Positions 21,103 through 33,836 of a stretch of DNA of 64,000 nt are shown piece after piece. The notes below the pieces were generated by a model. That model ran no database searches, was not told where the DNA came from, and was given only the letters and a program-made list of their open reading frames with translations. Where the stretch lies: NCBI GenBank assembly GCA_946965045.2, contig OX337231.1:1426001-1490000 (forward strand). The letters run 5' to 3'. Each line of letters starts with the position of its first letter. Positions within the stretch are counted from its first letter, which is position 1. Made by a program: the position numbers and the translations under genes. This DNA is from Epithemia pelagica (Eukaryota; Protista; Bacillariophyta).

Positions 21103-23343
21103 ATGAACGTCCTGAGACTGCTTGCGATTGCGGAACTTTGTGCCGTGGCACTTGGGCAGACTCCAACAGCGTCTCCCACCCAAGCGATCCTATCCTCAAA
21201 CCCTTCGGTCACGCCGAGTCAGGCCCCGATAGCTCCCACGCATCAACCGAGCTCAGTGCCTTCCTCTACACCCACTGTTGGGCCGACAACCACCATGGTT
21301 CCCTCCGACAGGCCCACGGTGTCGCCGTCAACCAGTCCCAGTTTCCAACCCACAGTTCCACCGTCACAAGAGCCTAGTTCTACTCCGTCGCAAATGCCGA
21401 CTAGCCCTCCTACTTCATCGTCGATGCCATCCGCGTCGCCGTCAAGTATGCCTACCATGTCTCCCTCAATCTCAAGCCCACCAAGCACCAACCCGACCAG
21501 TATGCCTTCTTCCTCCAGTCAGCCATCTGGTGTGCCATCAACTACGCCTTCTGCTATCCCAACTACGACGCCCTCTATTTCATCCCGTAAGTTGATCAAA
21601 ATGCCAGACTGCCTCTCTTTTGCGTTTAAGGACATTCTCTCACATGCATTTCTGCTGTAAGAACCCACGGTATCGGCGAACCCGACGAGTGAACCATCAG
21701 TCAGTCCTTCTCAGTTTCCCAGTGCTCTGCCATCCGCAATGCCCTCGCCTGATTCAGGTGTTTCTGGAATCATTAGGGAGAGCGGAAAACAACCCTTTGA
21801 TGAGTTTCTTGTGACAATTTTTGTCGGTCCCATGCAATTGCGTGGAAGGAAACTTTCGTCAATCGGGGTGCAGTCGCAGGCAGTTATTCTTTTCACCTTT
21901 GAAGAGCATATTCGGGAAATTGTCCCTCATCTTCGTGAAGTGGAACTACGCATTACAACCGTTCAAGAGGTTACAATGCCTGATGGAACTGTTGCAACAA
22001 CCGAAGCAGTCAATGGAGAAGTTCTCCTTGACGTGGGCGTGACCATGCCACGGGAGCAAATCGACATTGATGTTCAGAGCGCATTTCAAGGTCAAAATTT
22101 AACCATCTTGATGGGGGACCTACTACTGTCTGGCGACAAAGTTTTGGAAAACATAAATGATATTGACTTTGGTATTCCTCCGGGTTTGGCACTGTTTGCT
22201 GGTCCTCAGGGAAACAGTGATGACGAAGATGATGAGCTTTTCAATGAACTCCTTCCTCAGGCTATTATCCTTTTGGGAATGACAGTGGTTTTTCTTTCTG
22301 GTCTGGTATTCTTTCTCTTTGTGGCCCGTCGCGCTCGTCAAAACCGAACATTATCCTCAATCGAGGCAACCAAGCATGCTGAAACGAATTATCCGAACCA
22401 TGACGTCCCACAAAACATTGCATCTGGAGATGGAGTGCACGGAGGCACGATTTCCGAGCTTGCTGCTGAAAGCTTGGACGGGAGCGTCTCTGACCTAGCT
22501 TCCTTGTACTCATATCGGGATCAGTCCCTGCTGGCCAATCATACGCTCGACAACACTCCAGACGAGACGGGTTCCTATGCCCCGTCCTACTGCTTCAGCA
22601 CGATAGAGGTAGATGAACAAAGCAGAACTTCCGGAGCCGGAAGGTCTCTCCGTGATACTTCAAAATCCAACAGCTTACAGCCGAAGACAGACCCAGCGAC
22701 GCTCTACGGTTTTGACGACAATGGTTCTTTTGCAAGTGAGAAGAGCAACAGTCGTAGACCTCGCCGCCGTACGAAAGCATCGCGCCCTTCGAGGTCCGGG
22801 CAACTCACATCAATCAACAAAAGAACAAAGGCACCATCAAGAGGAGCCAAATCATCCGTCAAAGTACACTCCCTTGCATCCCATAGCTTCCACATGTCTG
22901 GACCAGGTGGCAATGAGAGTGATGCTGATACTGACAGTTCTCAATCTCGTGACGTTTTGTCTCAAGTTATGGAGGCATCAGAAACGAGTTCACGCGACGA
23001 ATCCGCAGGGTCAGCAAATGGTCACCAAAATGAAAAGGCCAACAAAGATCATCAATATAATCTCATGGCACAGTTGGATGGGGAAAACAGCGACGATGAC
23101 GAAGAAAGCTTATTCATGGGACCATCTGCTGCCTTTGTTGCCAGGTCAGGAACGGTTAATCCACTGAGAATCGACCTTGGACCTCTCGCAGACCCTGACG
23201 AATCCCGTCGACATGAAAGCTCTGAACTGGATACAGACGATGACGATAATTTGAGAAATGAATCGACTTTCAATTCTTTGAACACATCTGTTGTCAGTTC
23301 TGCAGATGAAGAGGAACACTCTCAAAAGGTTACAATTGTTTGA
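21103..23343 (+). CDS. Type I membrane protein with PT/PS-rich stalk, SEA-like domain and Ser-rich tail (721 aa, 1 intron)
   Basis: Exons 21103-21586 and 21662-23343 join in frame. Signal peptide, P-S/T repeats, RGRKL motif, TM AIILLGMTVVFLSGLVFFLFV. Confidence 0.75.
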
Positions 23344-23636
23344 GTCAATCCTGAAAGAGATTTACAGGCTTCATTCCCATCATCATCAACTATACGCATA
23401 CACCTTCCACGACATCCTATGAGCTATGAGACCTTCGCATCTCGCATCTTCCCGAGGTTCTTGGCCCAGTTCTTGCTCAAAGATCCTGTACAACTTCATA
23501 TTTTAAGACATCTACTCCATGTTTTCCAGTTTCCAGTCATTACCTAGTAGGTAATTCAAAGTGAAATCCTCTTTATTGAAAATTGATAACCTAATGAACA
23601 TGTTTGAAGCTACTCTTAATCCATGAAATGTCTCAA

Positions 23637-25816
23637 CTATGAAATGGGGGGAATTTTGTTCTCGCCACTGTCCTCAGATGTGTCGTCAGGTAGCCCAGCA
23701 ATTGCCGCATCGTTTCCCTCATCTTCCTGAAACCGTCTTTTGCCATAGTATACAGCCGACTCCGTAACATCATTGCTTCGTTGACCTGTTGCGTTTGGCT
23801 GAACCGTGCTGACAAACTTTCCAAACTCGGGTATGTCTTGATCGCTGAATAGCGCATTTGAATCGTCATTGAATGGATTGAACTCAAATTGTGCATCGTC
23901 ATGGAAATAAATGCTTCTTTCCTTATCTTCAGAAATTGCGGCACCGTTCAATCTTTGAATATCGTCTTGTTCCGATGTCGTCTCAACGGGTGATACAAGA
24001 TTATCACCAGTTAAGTCAATGGTTCGAAACTGCTCATCGCTGAAAGCACCTTCCAGATCATGCTTTCCCCGTGCTCCCAAGCGACCAGGAGAACTACCGT
24101 CCTCATCGCCGTCGGAGTAAACGCTATTGAGAGGCGATTCAACATGGGGAGCGAACATCTTAAACTTCTGAGATCTTTTCCTCAAATAGAACACCACAAC
24201 AACAGCCATTACGACAAAGACGAAGCAAACAATGATCACAACTACAATCAGAACTGAGATACCACCAGAGTCTCCATCGGAACCATCTTGCCCTGAGGAA
24301 GGGGGGAGAGGAGAGGCGTTGTCCGGATCGTACTCTCGGATCATTCTGATTGGAATCTCTTTGTTGTTCAACCATTCAATGAGCTCAGCAAGGTTGTTAC
24401 CCTTGAAGAAATTGGCCACAACTTGCTGCAGAGTCTCTTTTGTGAAAGAAGCCATGTCCTCTCTCGAGCCTTGGAGCTCAAAGTCCACTGTGATTTCAAA
24501 AATGTTTAAGAAGAACTGTGAGTCACCTTCTTCCGTAGATTGTCCCTCGTTTGTGTTTTCTACAAAGGTCAAGGTAAGCTTGTAAGTTCTCAGAAGGAAT
24601 CCAACATTCTTCGCGAGGTAGGGAGTGAGCAGAAACTGCGTTTGCTTGAAGAACTCTTTCTCAACATCTACCAGGTCGATCTCACCAACTGTTTCATAGG
24701 CAATAGGGTCCGATTGTATCTGTCTCTGCAAGATTGGCGGTTGTACTGGCGCTGCTACAATGGTTGGTGCAGGAGTTGGGTCAGGTTCAATTTCCACTAC
24801 CGTTTTCGGAGGATTCAGTATTGAAATGTCGAACGTTGGGTAAGTGGGCTCCGTCCAGGTCGGAGCTGCAACTGGAGAGAACCAATTTCCAAAGGCTTGC
24901 TGGTCAGAGCCAGGTAATAATGAAGGAGATGGTGATAGAGTTGGCGTAGGCTCGGTCGGGCTGGTAACTGGGGCTTTTGCAGGCGTGGCGGTAGGGAGCG
25001 AGATGTGGGAACCAAACGGCTCGTATCCTGGAATGTTTGGGGCTGGTAATACGAATGGTATCAAAGGTGTTAGCTCGCGTCAATTCAGAACCAATTCTGA
25101 AACAATGTCAACTTACGTGTATCCCATGGACCCATAATGGTAGTTATTAACGGATTGCCGTCGCTATCGAATGTCGTTTTGGCGAGGGCAATGTTTGGCT
25201 CTTGGTGATTAACAGTATAACTGTTGTCGTGACTCCATGGATTCTGAACTCTGGGATCGTTTTGGCCTCTTCGGCCATTGGTGTTTTGTCCTCTGACGGC
25301 TCCATATGGGTTTTGCCTTGTGTTGTGGTTTCCATAGTTTGTTGTCCTGCTTTGTGCCCAAGAAATTGCTTGGTTGTTTTGTGCTGTGGACCCTCCAAAT
25401 GTGCGTTGACCTCTTGTGTCTTCGTACGGTTTCTTTCTCGATTGTTCCACATAGGTTCGTTGATCCGTTCTTCCAGGACTAATCCTCTGTAACCATGGGT
25501 GTTCATATGAAGCGCTGTTGCTAATCGCCGCATTTCCTCCAAAGCCTGAAAAAGCTCCTGAATTCCCGCCAAAGCCTGAAAAATCTGTCGCTGAAGACCT
25601 TGTATTCTCATAACTTTGTTGGTCTCGATTGTACTCATTGCTGAAATAGTCGTTCCATAACGTCCTTTGTTTGCCTTTCACATTTGCAGAGACAAAAGAC
25701 GGACCATGTCCTTCCGCCTCTCTTAGACTCCCATCCACGGTGTCACCAAGGAAGAACAACGCGAGGGTCAAGCCTGTAAGGGCGGCCCCAATCATCTTTT
25801 TGATTCCGCTTCCCAT
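23637..25816 (-). CDS. Type I membrane protein with RXL propeptide, N/Q-rich region, PT-rich stalk and SEA-like domain (701 aa, 1 intron)
   Basis: Exons 25816-25117 and 25042-23637 (74-nt intron with GCTAAC branch site) join in frame. Signal peptide, QRTL, TM ISVLIVVVIIVCFVFVVMAVVVVFYL. Confidence 0.7.
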
Positions 25817-25976
25817 GGTTAGGACCTTCATTTGCTCTTTGGAAACACATCTCAAGAGTCGCAAAAAGAAAAAAATGTTCAACGCATGTCATTGCTTGCT
25901 TTCGCCCGTTGAAACAAGAAAATCCATAAGAACAAAGCAATTCCGGTTTTCAGTGGCGGACGACTGAACCGGAAAA

Positions 25977-26026
25977 GTACGAGGAAGCTATGTTGTTAAT
26001 TGTACGAGGAAGCTATATTGTTAATT
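25977..26026. repeat. 25-bp tandem duplication
   Basis: GTACGAGGAAGCTATRTTGTTAATT twice, with 1 mismatch. Confidence 0.9.
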
Positions 26027-26377
26027 GTAAATCGTAAAACTATCACAGTCGGCGAATATCTTGATCCAGCAGGTGCTGTTGGGCAAACACCGAAACAACA
26101 ACTATACTATGGCACTGTGGAAAACAAGAATACTGGAAGATAGGGAGCTTGCTTGACTTCTTTTGACAAACATGTTCAGTGAGATCGTATTGTACTCATT
26201 CGGGGGCTGCATGACAGTCAGGTTTCCACAAGACAAAAAAACCGTGGCGTATCCATGATTCCCAGCTTTTGTAGAGGAGGAAGATAAAGATGGGATAACT
26301 GCTGTGGATATTGGATCTTGGAACTCCTTTACTCTCTCTAGCTTCCGTGCTTAGGAGTAGAGAGAGAAGAAAAGATA

Positions 26378-26963
26378 CAAGCTGGTTCACGTTGCGCAGT
26401 GCATGAGTATATTAGTGTAGAAGACTGTACTGGAAAAAAATCGTACATAAAATTCTATAGTGATTTTCCGCAGCACAGCACCCATGACAATGACAATGAC
26501 AATGGGACGGCCGATGTTTGGGCAAATACGATGCCATTCATGGCCGCAAGCACAAGAACTGCTGCAACTAATAGACGAAGTAGGTTAAATTTGTTTTTAT
26601 GGGCACAGCTAAGGAGATGGAGAATGATTGTCCACGATGCTCAGCAGTGGAAATACGTTCACTCCTTGTGGAGACTGAACTACAGGTCGAAATGCGCGAC
26701 ACCCCTATGATTTCCTACTACTTTCATATCTACCCTATCGATTAGGTTCGGTGGTGCTTCGCATTTCGCCCGCGGATTGGCCATTGTCGCATGAAGCGGT
26801 CACTTGTGGTTATTGCATTTTGCATTTTACGATATGTGCGCGACAAAATGTGAGGAGCATGAAAAAGTAACTGGTTCGAAACGCTGGGGTACTGTAGGCT
26901 AAAGTGTAGTATACAATTTCCCACTCTGAAAAACTCATGCACTTCGCAACGTGAACCAGCTTG
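26378..26963. mobile_element. 586-bp MITE with TA target-site duplication (Tc1/mariner-superfamily-like)
   Basis: TIR CAAGCTGGTTCACGTTGCG(C/A)AGTGCATGAGT at both ends (1 mismatch); TA at 26376-77 and 26964-65; no transposase. Confidence 0.85.
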
Positions 26964-27371
26964 TAGTTTGGCTATGAGAATCTATCTATTGTGTATCTTG
27001 TCTCTTGTCTACCTCTCCTGCGCCAAGATGCCGCACCGGTGCGACACTGCAAGCATCTCCGTATCCCGCCAGGGGTCACTATAGTCCGACAAGTACTACT
27101 GTAAGTCTAAAAGTATAGATTTTGTTGTTGTTGTGCAATATGGAATTTTGGGCGAGATTGGTTCCACTAACGCACCATCGTATTGTAGTGTACCTATAGA
27201 ACAACATGTGGGGTGGGGGGACAAGCATCCTGGTCACGCCATCCCCCAAATTTTGATTTTGTCCTTTCACCTCAACCAACAAAGGTCATCAATCCATTTA
27301 TTGTCGTGGTCGATTGATGAACGACTTTGATATGCCAACAGCAAGCCTCAGCAACGTCTTGCGATGAACCA

Positions 27372-28673
27372 ATGGCGAACGAAGTATCAGTAGGACAATC
27401 CGTCGAGGATCAAAAGTCGGTTCTCAAAATATGTGAGGATCTCAAGTCGAATAAAGAAAATTTCACCGATCTTGAAATAGACGGTGAGCTTCTTCAGCTT
27501 GACGCCACGGCGCTCTCTCTTCTTTTTGAGTCTCTGAAAGAGAATCGGACAATATCGAGGCTAGGATTCTCAAGTGTAACGTTTTCCAGCTCTCTGGTCC
27601 AAGAACTTGTCAATGTTTTGAAAACTATGCGGCATGTCAATGAGATTCTGTTTGAGGAAGTTGATGACACTAACGCTTGTCTTCCCGAACTTCTCGCTGT
27701 CGCTTTAATGTACAACAAGTCAATATCTAGTCTTACGATGAGGGGATGCTGGACGGAATCTCCCCTTTCGTCTTTTTCGGTGAGCACCTTGATGAACTCT
27801 GCTCACAGTCTTTCCGAGTTTCACTTTAGTCACAACCGTATTGATTGCCACTGCGCCGCTGCACTGGCAATGGCATTCAAGCGCAACAAGTCACTGAAAG
27901 TTCTTGACCTTACTGGAAGCTCCATGGAATGCGATGCGATCCAACAACTTTGCTATGGCTTGAGTGAGAACAGATGCATACAAAGTCTTGTACTAGATTT
28001 CAATGCCTTCCAAGAAGAGGGTGTCAGGGCATTGTCCCGAATGCTGAAAGTAAACCAAGGGATCACAGAGCTTCACCTATTCGGAAATAATATATCTCCT
28101 AAAGGTGCCATGGCTGTTGCAGACGCTCTTGCCGTCAATACTGTTCTGAGCTCTCTGATACTGTCCTTTAACCGGATTGGAAACAAAGGGCTTGCCGCCA
28201 TCTCAGATGCGTTGACAGTTAATACAAGTCTCAGAAAGATTTGGCTACCATCAAACGGAATAGGTTGCGAAGGGGTCAAGTACATGGCGCGTAAACTTCG
28301 TGACATGCGTGGTCTCAAGAGCCTACATGTTGGTTTGTTGCTAGACGAATGCTCGGTGGACGACATTGCTGGAGAGCTAAAATACAATAACTCATTGGAA
28401 GAGCTACATTTTGAACAACCTTGCTTTCTGGAAGAAGAAGAGCCAGCTCTGTCTTCGTCTCTGATTGAGTTCTATCTTCGCATGAACCGCAAAGGACGAC
28501 AGCATATTCGATGCAAGAAAATACCACCTTCGCTGTGGCCTTACATCCTCGCTAAAAAAGCTGAGAGATCAAGTGAAGCAGAAACACCCGATATTTTGTT
28601 CTTCTTGCTCCGAGAAAACCCAGAAGTTCTTGATCAACGAGGTGCGTGGGCAAGGACAAGGACATCACCATGA
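27372..28673 (+). CDS. RNI-like leucine-rich repeat protein
   Basis: Repeats of LxxLxLxxNxIGxxGxxxLxxxL; C-terminal YLRMNRKGR…LWPYIL…LFFLLRE cap. Confidence 0.85.
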   Translation: MANEVSVGQSVEDQKSVLKICEDLKSNKENFTDLEIDGELLQLDATALSLLFESLKENRTISRLGFSSVTFSSSLVQELVNVLKTMRHVNEILFEEVDDTNACLPELLAVALMYNKSISSLTMRGCWTESPLSSFSVSTLMNSAHSLSEFHFSHNRIDCHCAAALAMAFKRNKSLKVLDLTGSSMECDAIQQLCYGLSENRCIQSLVLDFNAFQEEGVRALSRMLKVNQGITELHLFGNNISPKGAMAVADALAVNTVLSSLILSFNRIGNKGLAAISDALTVNTSLRKIWLPSNGIGCEGVKYMARKLRDMRGLKSLHVGLLLDECSVDDIAGELKYNNSLEELHFEQPCFLEEEEPALSSSLIEFYLRMNRKGRQHIRCKKIPPSLWPYILAKKAERSSEAETPDILFFLLRENPEVLDQRGAWARTRTSP

Positions 28674-28761
28674 TCCTCCAGTAAAAGGGAATGAAACTAT
28701 GTTTTGGGGCATTAAGTAGTTGTAGCGTAGATATCGAGAATCGACTGTACTTTATTCTTCG

Positions 28762-29265
28762 TTAGTCATTAGGGAGTTGTAGATTAAAGCAACATGCAGC
28801 GTTCTTTCTCCAATCTTTAGTTTTTCTTGTTTCAAAATGAAAATTCCAATGATGCGTTAACGTGGAGATCACAGATTCAGGGAATCTTTGTTTCCGATAT
28901 AAGAGCACAACAGGTCGGAATGCAGGGGAAGGCGTCTGCGTCCTTTCCTTCAAGTCATTCATTTCGACAAATGGGTTCGTCGCACTGGAACTCTTGGGGT
29001 CTTGATCGGGTCCACTTTTTGACGTATGCCACTGTTGTGTCGTCATGGAGACGAGGGACGTCCTGAGCCCATACACTTCTTCTTGCCGGAACGTTAAAGC
29101 ATTGACCGGAGGAACATGGATACCTTGGGCACCTCTTTTTTTACTTGTAGGAACACGGCGTGCTCCAAAGATGGAAACAAAGGGAGTGAAAGGACTGAAT
29201 AGAGCTTGAGTATCGGGCGCTAGTGCCGCTAGCAACAATGCCCAAAACAAACAAAGATTCTTCAT
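28762..29265 (-). CDS. Possible small secreted protein (167 aa)
   Basis: ATG followed by a clean signal peptide (MKNLCLFWALLLAALAPDTQA); no recognisable domain. Confidence 0.35.
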   Translation of the reverse strand: MKNLCLFWALLLAALAPDTQALFSPFTPFVSIFGARRVPTSKKRGAQGIHVPPVNALTFRQEEVYGLRTSLVSMTTQQWHTSKSGPDQDPKSSSATNPFVEMNDLKERTQTPSPAFRPVVLLYRKQRFPESVISTLTHHWNFHFETRKTKDWRKNAACCFNLQLPND

Positions 29266-29829
29266 GACTTCTCTTATTTTGCTTCGTCCTCAATTGCTTT
29301 TGGTTTGACCGCTGATTTGTGAGAATGTTGCAAAGATGGTGAACGGTTAACAGGGACATCTTGTTACACTAGGGCTACTTGGTCTCTTCAAATTAGGAAT
29401 ACCCATGTCAAATCATGACACCCAATCAATGGTATCTTTTGCCACGATGGTACACTCTATCGCTCCAGAGTTTTCATTGTATATTTCCTACTGCTATTTC
29501 TAGATCAGAAGATCGATGGGAAAGGATGCCAATGAGTCATCCGCAGGGCACTCCAGTCACATCGAGGCTATTCGATGGACGCAATCCGGAACTTCCTTGA
29601 TAGTCTATTCAATGCAGCAACAGGCAATAAGGCCATCAATGAAAGATACTTCAAACAGTAGCTGACTCAGACTAGTGCCGCCTGAGCGACAGTTAGTGGA
29701 GTGCCTGTGTCTATCTAGGCAGAGACAAGACCTCATTGGATTCAACCAGTACAAGTGCCGATCACGGCGGGAGCAACAGGTATAAAAAGGGGTTAACCTC
29801 TGAGAATAGTTTGTTACAAGTGACGGCGA

Positions 29830-31260
29830 TTAGTCGTCACCATTGTCTTCAGACGAAGAAATCTCATCCAGCTCTACCAAGGCTGAGTTATTGGACGGTA
29901 TCTGAATGAATGTCACTCCTTCCTCGACGGATATTTGGTGTTGTTCGTCACGAGCCGTTCTAGTCGGAGTCAATTCCATCATTTGGTCGGAACCATCATC
30001 TTTATTTCGCCTGGAGCGCTTTTTCTTTCGATCTTTACGATTTCGTTTGCTTCGGCGCTCCCTTGAGTTTTCTCTTGTGTCGGATTCAGATTCTTCTGAT
30101 TCCGAATTATCCGCAGAAGCAAAAAACAACCGATTCCAGTTCCATGAAACAGTTCGTCCGCTGATACGACCTTTGGCAACAGCCATGATGAAGAGTGCTA
30201 GTGCGACCACAATCAATAGGGTCACTACCGAAATGGATTCTGTTTCATTCGCGTCCCCAGCGTAATCAGTTTCCATTTCCTTTGTCAGCTCTTCCTCTTC
30301 GTAGTGCTTGTAATACATCTCCACTAACGCATCCGCCAGAACGCCACCTATTTCGATCATACTGTCGCCATGACCAAAATAATGGAAATGTCTGTCCAAG
30401 TGTTTTTCTTTGCCATGGATGAAGGGAGCCGTTTTAACACACTTTGTGAATTCGTTGGCATCACAAACTTGTTTCTGTGCACTGCGAATGGGAGATTCAA
30501 AGAAATAATGACCGGGATCATTCCCGCCAGCACCTGCCTGGGCCAAAACAATGGGAAGATGAGGCCGTTTCAGCGCCTTGCGGAAGTCAGGAATAAGATG
30601 CTTCAAGTTGTCGTAATAGGACTCGAACCACTTTTTTCTGACAACGTCCGAGTAGGCATGCCACCAAATGATCCCAACCAATTGTGTTCGATGCTTCTCA
30701 TACTCTGGACCCAAGACGTCTCTGACATGCTTGAGTGCATACTTGAGATTTCTCAACGTGTGCGTCCATGTGAATCCCAAAGTCTTGTGCCCAGGTCTCG
30801 ATGGTGATCTCCAATCGTCGTACAGAGTCTTTTGGGGGAATCCTGCTTTTACCAGGATCACCGGTTCGTCAAAGACGTTCCCCAAAACATAACCCACTTC
30901 TACTTCTGGACCAAATAAACCTTTTTTAGCCCCATAATCGTGCATATTGAGGGGACCAATATGCCATGGTTTGTGTCGTTGTCTTTCATAGAAAACGAAC
31001 ACGTCGTCGCGAGTCATCCATTCGGAATGGTTCTCCTGCGAACGCAAATGATGAAATCGTCCCAATGTCTTGTTGTCGGCGTTGTCCATGAACGAAGCCA
31101 AATGCGATAGCTGTGCATATCCCGCCACATTGTCATCGCCTGCGAGCAAAACAACACGCAACACTTTGTGGTTGTCCAACCAAATGTCGAATGAAAATGG
31201 GATGAGGAAGCAGCCCGCCAGGAGCAATCCTCCCAGAAGCAGAGGAATGAAGCGGTTCAT
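29830..31260 (-). CDS. SASA (sialate O-acetylesterase/DUF303, SGNH-like) family membrane protein lacking the canonical catalytic Ser
   Basis: VVLLAGDDNVAG in place of ILAGQSN; FGPEVEVG, LVKAG, GIIWWHAYSD, LPIVL, HFHY. N-terminal anchor and C-terminal TM. Confidence 0.75.
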   Translation of the reverse strand: MNRFIPLLLGGLLLAGCFLIPFSFDIWLDNHKVLRVVLLAGDDNVAGYAQLSHLASFMDNADNKTLGRFHHLRSQENHSEWMTRDDVFVFYERQRHKPWHIGPLNMHDYGAKKGLFGPEVEVGYVLGNVFDEPVILVKAGFPQKTLYDDWRSPSRPGHKTLGFTWTHTLRNLKYALKHVRDVLGPEYEKHRTQLVGIIWWHAYSDVVRKKWFESYYDNLKHLIPDFRKALKRPHLPIVLAQAGAGGNDPGHYFFESPIRSAQKQVCDANEFTKCVKTAPFIHGKEKHLDRHFHYFGHGDSMIEIGGVLADALVEMYYKHYEEEELTKEMETDYAGDANETESISVVTLLIVVALALFIMAVAKGRISGRTVSWNWNRLFFASADNSESEESESDTRENSRERRSKRNRKDRKKKRSRRNKDDGSDQMMELTPTRTARDEQHQISVEEGVTFIQIPSNNSALVELDEISSSEDNGDD

Positions 31261-32203
31261 TTTGCAGCCTGGTTTGTTGTTTCAAAGATGGGATCGAGTA
31301 AAGGTGTTGTTGTGCACCAGCGTTCCCTAGTTTGTGTAATGCAATCGATATGGATCTTCAAGAAGTCTACACACCATAGGACACCATACAGGTGCAACAA
31401 CAAGACAAGTCATGTCGGCAAGAAAAAGTGAGAATGACTCTGGGAGTTGAGAGGGCCTATCTCTACGAGGCACTTGGCACTGCAAGTCTTCTGGGCCCTG
31501 TGCTCGGATGGCGTGCGCTTCCCGCGCTCCAGCTAGCTTCAGGAGTCGCGGAAAGCAGTCCGTACGTCGATGGTCGCTTTCCACATCGTTGTTGCCATTT
31601 TTCTATTGCTGAAGAGGTTGATGTAATTGCTTTCATCATGGTAAGTGTGTTGCTAAGTCTCATGGGGCACCTTCTTGGTAGTATGTACTTTACAAGTAGC
31701 CAGATGTGCTCCAAAATGTGCTGCAGTTTCCGTATCTGGAGTACTTGAAAAGTAAATGCTACCAGTAAGCAGGCTCCCGATCATTGCCTCCTCCTTGTGA
31801 TCTCCGAATTTCACAAATTCCGCTCTTACCTTTGCTTACGCTTGGGATGGAACCGAATGGCTCAATCTACTCCATAGCCCCATTCCTGTTCTGAGGCAGC
31901 CTTATCTCTTTTGACCTGTATGGAAGAATGTGCATGCGTGCAAAAGGACGGAAACAGTGTCGTGCATTGCTTGAAGACACCAGGGGAAGACGATGAATGT
32001 AAAGCACAACGAAATGCCTACTTCATGTGCAAACACTCCCAATTGAACATGAGAACACGTATTCGGGGAGTGCGAACGTACTGACAATCTTCAAGATACA
32101 GAAACGAGATCTATTATACTTAGCAACACAGCCCCCAGCTTTCTTTTGTGGAGTGATCCAGTCTTGATCGAGGCAGAACTAACTGCTCGGTACGCAGCAA
32201 GGT

Positions 32204-33836
32204 TTATGCATCCAATCCTTCCGCTTCCCACAAGTCTGGAAAAAACCTCCAAGTTAGACAGTTCAATCTTCACTCTAGCACCAGCATTCACGATTCTAAT
32301 GTTATACGTACCTTGTAGAATATCCACCATTTGCGGAAGGGGCACATTCATGGGAAACCGTGTAGGAACCTGATTGTTGGGATTGTTGCTACTTTTGACC
32401 GAAGATAGAAAAATGATATCAATGATTTCGTCCACGTCCAGCGTAGTTGCCCCCGGTTTGGGTGGAGGTGGCACCTCCTCATAATTCTTCCGTTGCGGTG
32501 ATGATGTTTGATCCCTGCTTAACCATTGCTTTCGAGACTCTTCCCACATTCTTAATCCTTCATTCACCCAATCATCATGGCTAGCGTTTGTTGGGTTTTC
32601 TTCATTGTCTGTTTTAGCTTGGGCTTTAGGTGGAGGTTTCGATGTGGCTGTGTCTGGATCCTTCAGAGATGTGCCCTTGTCAGTTGATGGGAGCGATGCA
32701 GAAGGTGGAGGCTTCTTCTGTCTAGTCATGGCTGTATCCATAGTTAAAATGGTGTCATCTAAATCAACCACATTTGATACGACCGCCGTTGGGGCTGGCT
32801 TCAATATTGCTGTGTCCTTTGTCATTATGGTATCATCCAAATCAACCAGACCCGTTGCTTGTTCATTGGACGCTGATACAGTTGGGTTTGATGGTCTTGA
32901 GATGGCGGTATCATGGGTTACCATTGTATCATTAAGACCCTCCGTTCCAGTCGGTTTTAGCATCCTCGGTAGATCCAATGTTGTGTCGAGCGTTCCGATG
33001 GTAACATCTAGATCAACTGGACCATGACCACTAGATTCTGGAACATTCGATGCAGATACAGAGGGTTTTTGCGACAATGGTGTTTGATCCATATTGTACG
33101 ATGAACTTTGCTGACATTGGCTTTGTTTCAGGTCCATCGCAACGAGATGCTCCGCTCTATAACCGTGAACAGAATGTATGTAGCTTGGCGCAGTGTCTTT
33201 CTCGTCGTTTGCGTTGAGTTCGTCCTGGTCGAAAACAGCTCCTCTATGCCGTATTCTTTCCTCCTTGTTATCCATATCCTTGAAGATTTCTTGTTGAATT
33301 GAGTCAGATTTCACAGCCATGTCACCGTTCTCGTCTTGGCGTTTCTGGCCGTCGTCATGGGCAGTGTATTCGTCGACTTTCTCATCCCCTACAGAGCCCC
33401 GAACGACACTGGAAGATCCAAAATTCCCACCCAGGACTATTTTTTGAAGTGTTTCGGAGGACATGTCGACATTTGCGCTTTCGTCGTCTCCATTCTCTTT
33501 GTCTGGGTGTTGTTTGTCTGCCCGAGCTGACGACATACTGTGATCGTTTGTCAGTTCTTCTTGAGTCTGTTCTTCGTGCTGGAAGTTCTCTAATGGCTCA
33601 CTCGCAACCCCCACTTCTTGTCCCGGTTTGGACCAGTCTGGACCAGAATTTATTTGGTCGGTCGTCTCCCTTTTTGTGCCATCACCATTCGCCGTACCGG
33701 GCCGTACCGCTGTATTACTTCTTTCTTCGGCCGCTTGATGCTCTTCCAAGGAATCTGCACGATTGTACAGTGGGGTAGGTCCAGTCGTTGCTGTGTTTGT
33801 TGAACTTGTGGATGGTGAATTTGGTGCGGCTTCCAT
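32204..33836 (-). CDS. DUF4050 (Gag1-like clamp) domain protein (518 aa, 1 intron)
   Basis: Exons 33836-32312 and 32235-32204 give WVNEGLRMWEESRKQW…RFPMNVPLPQMVDILQ|DLWEAEGLDA. Confidence 0.8.

Noticed and set aside
31327-32087. Short overlapping ORFs with possible splice signals
   Set aside because: Could not assemble a consistent spliced reading frame on either strand.
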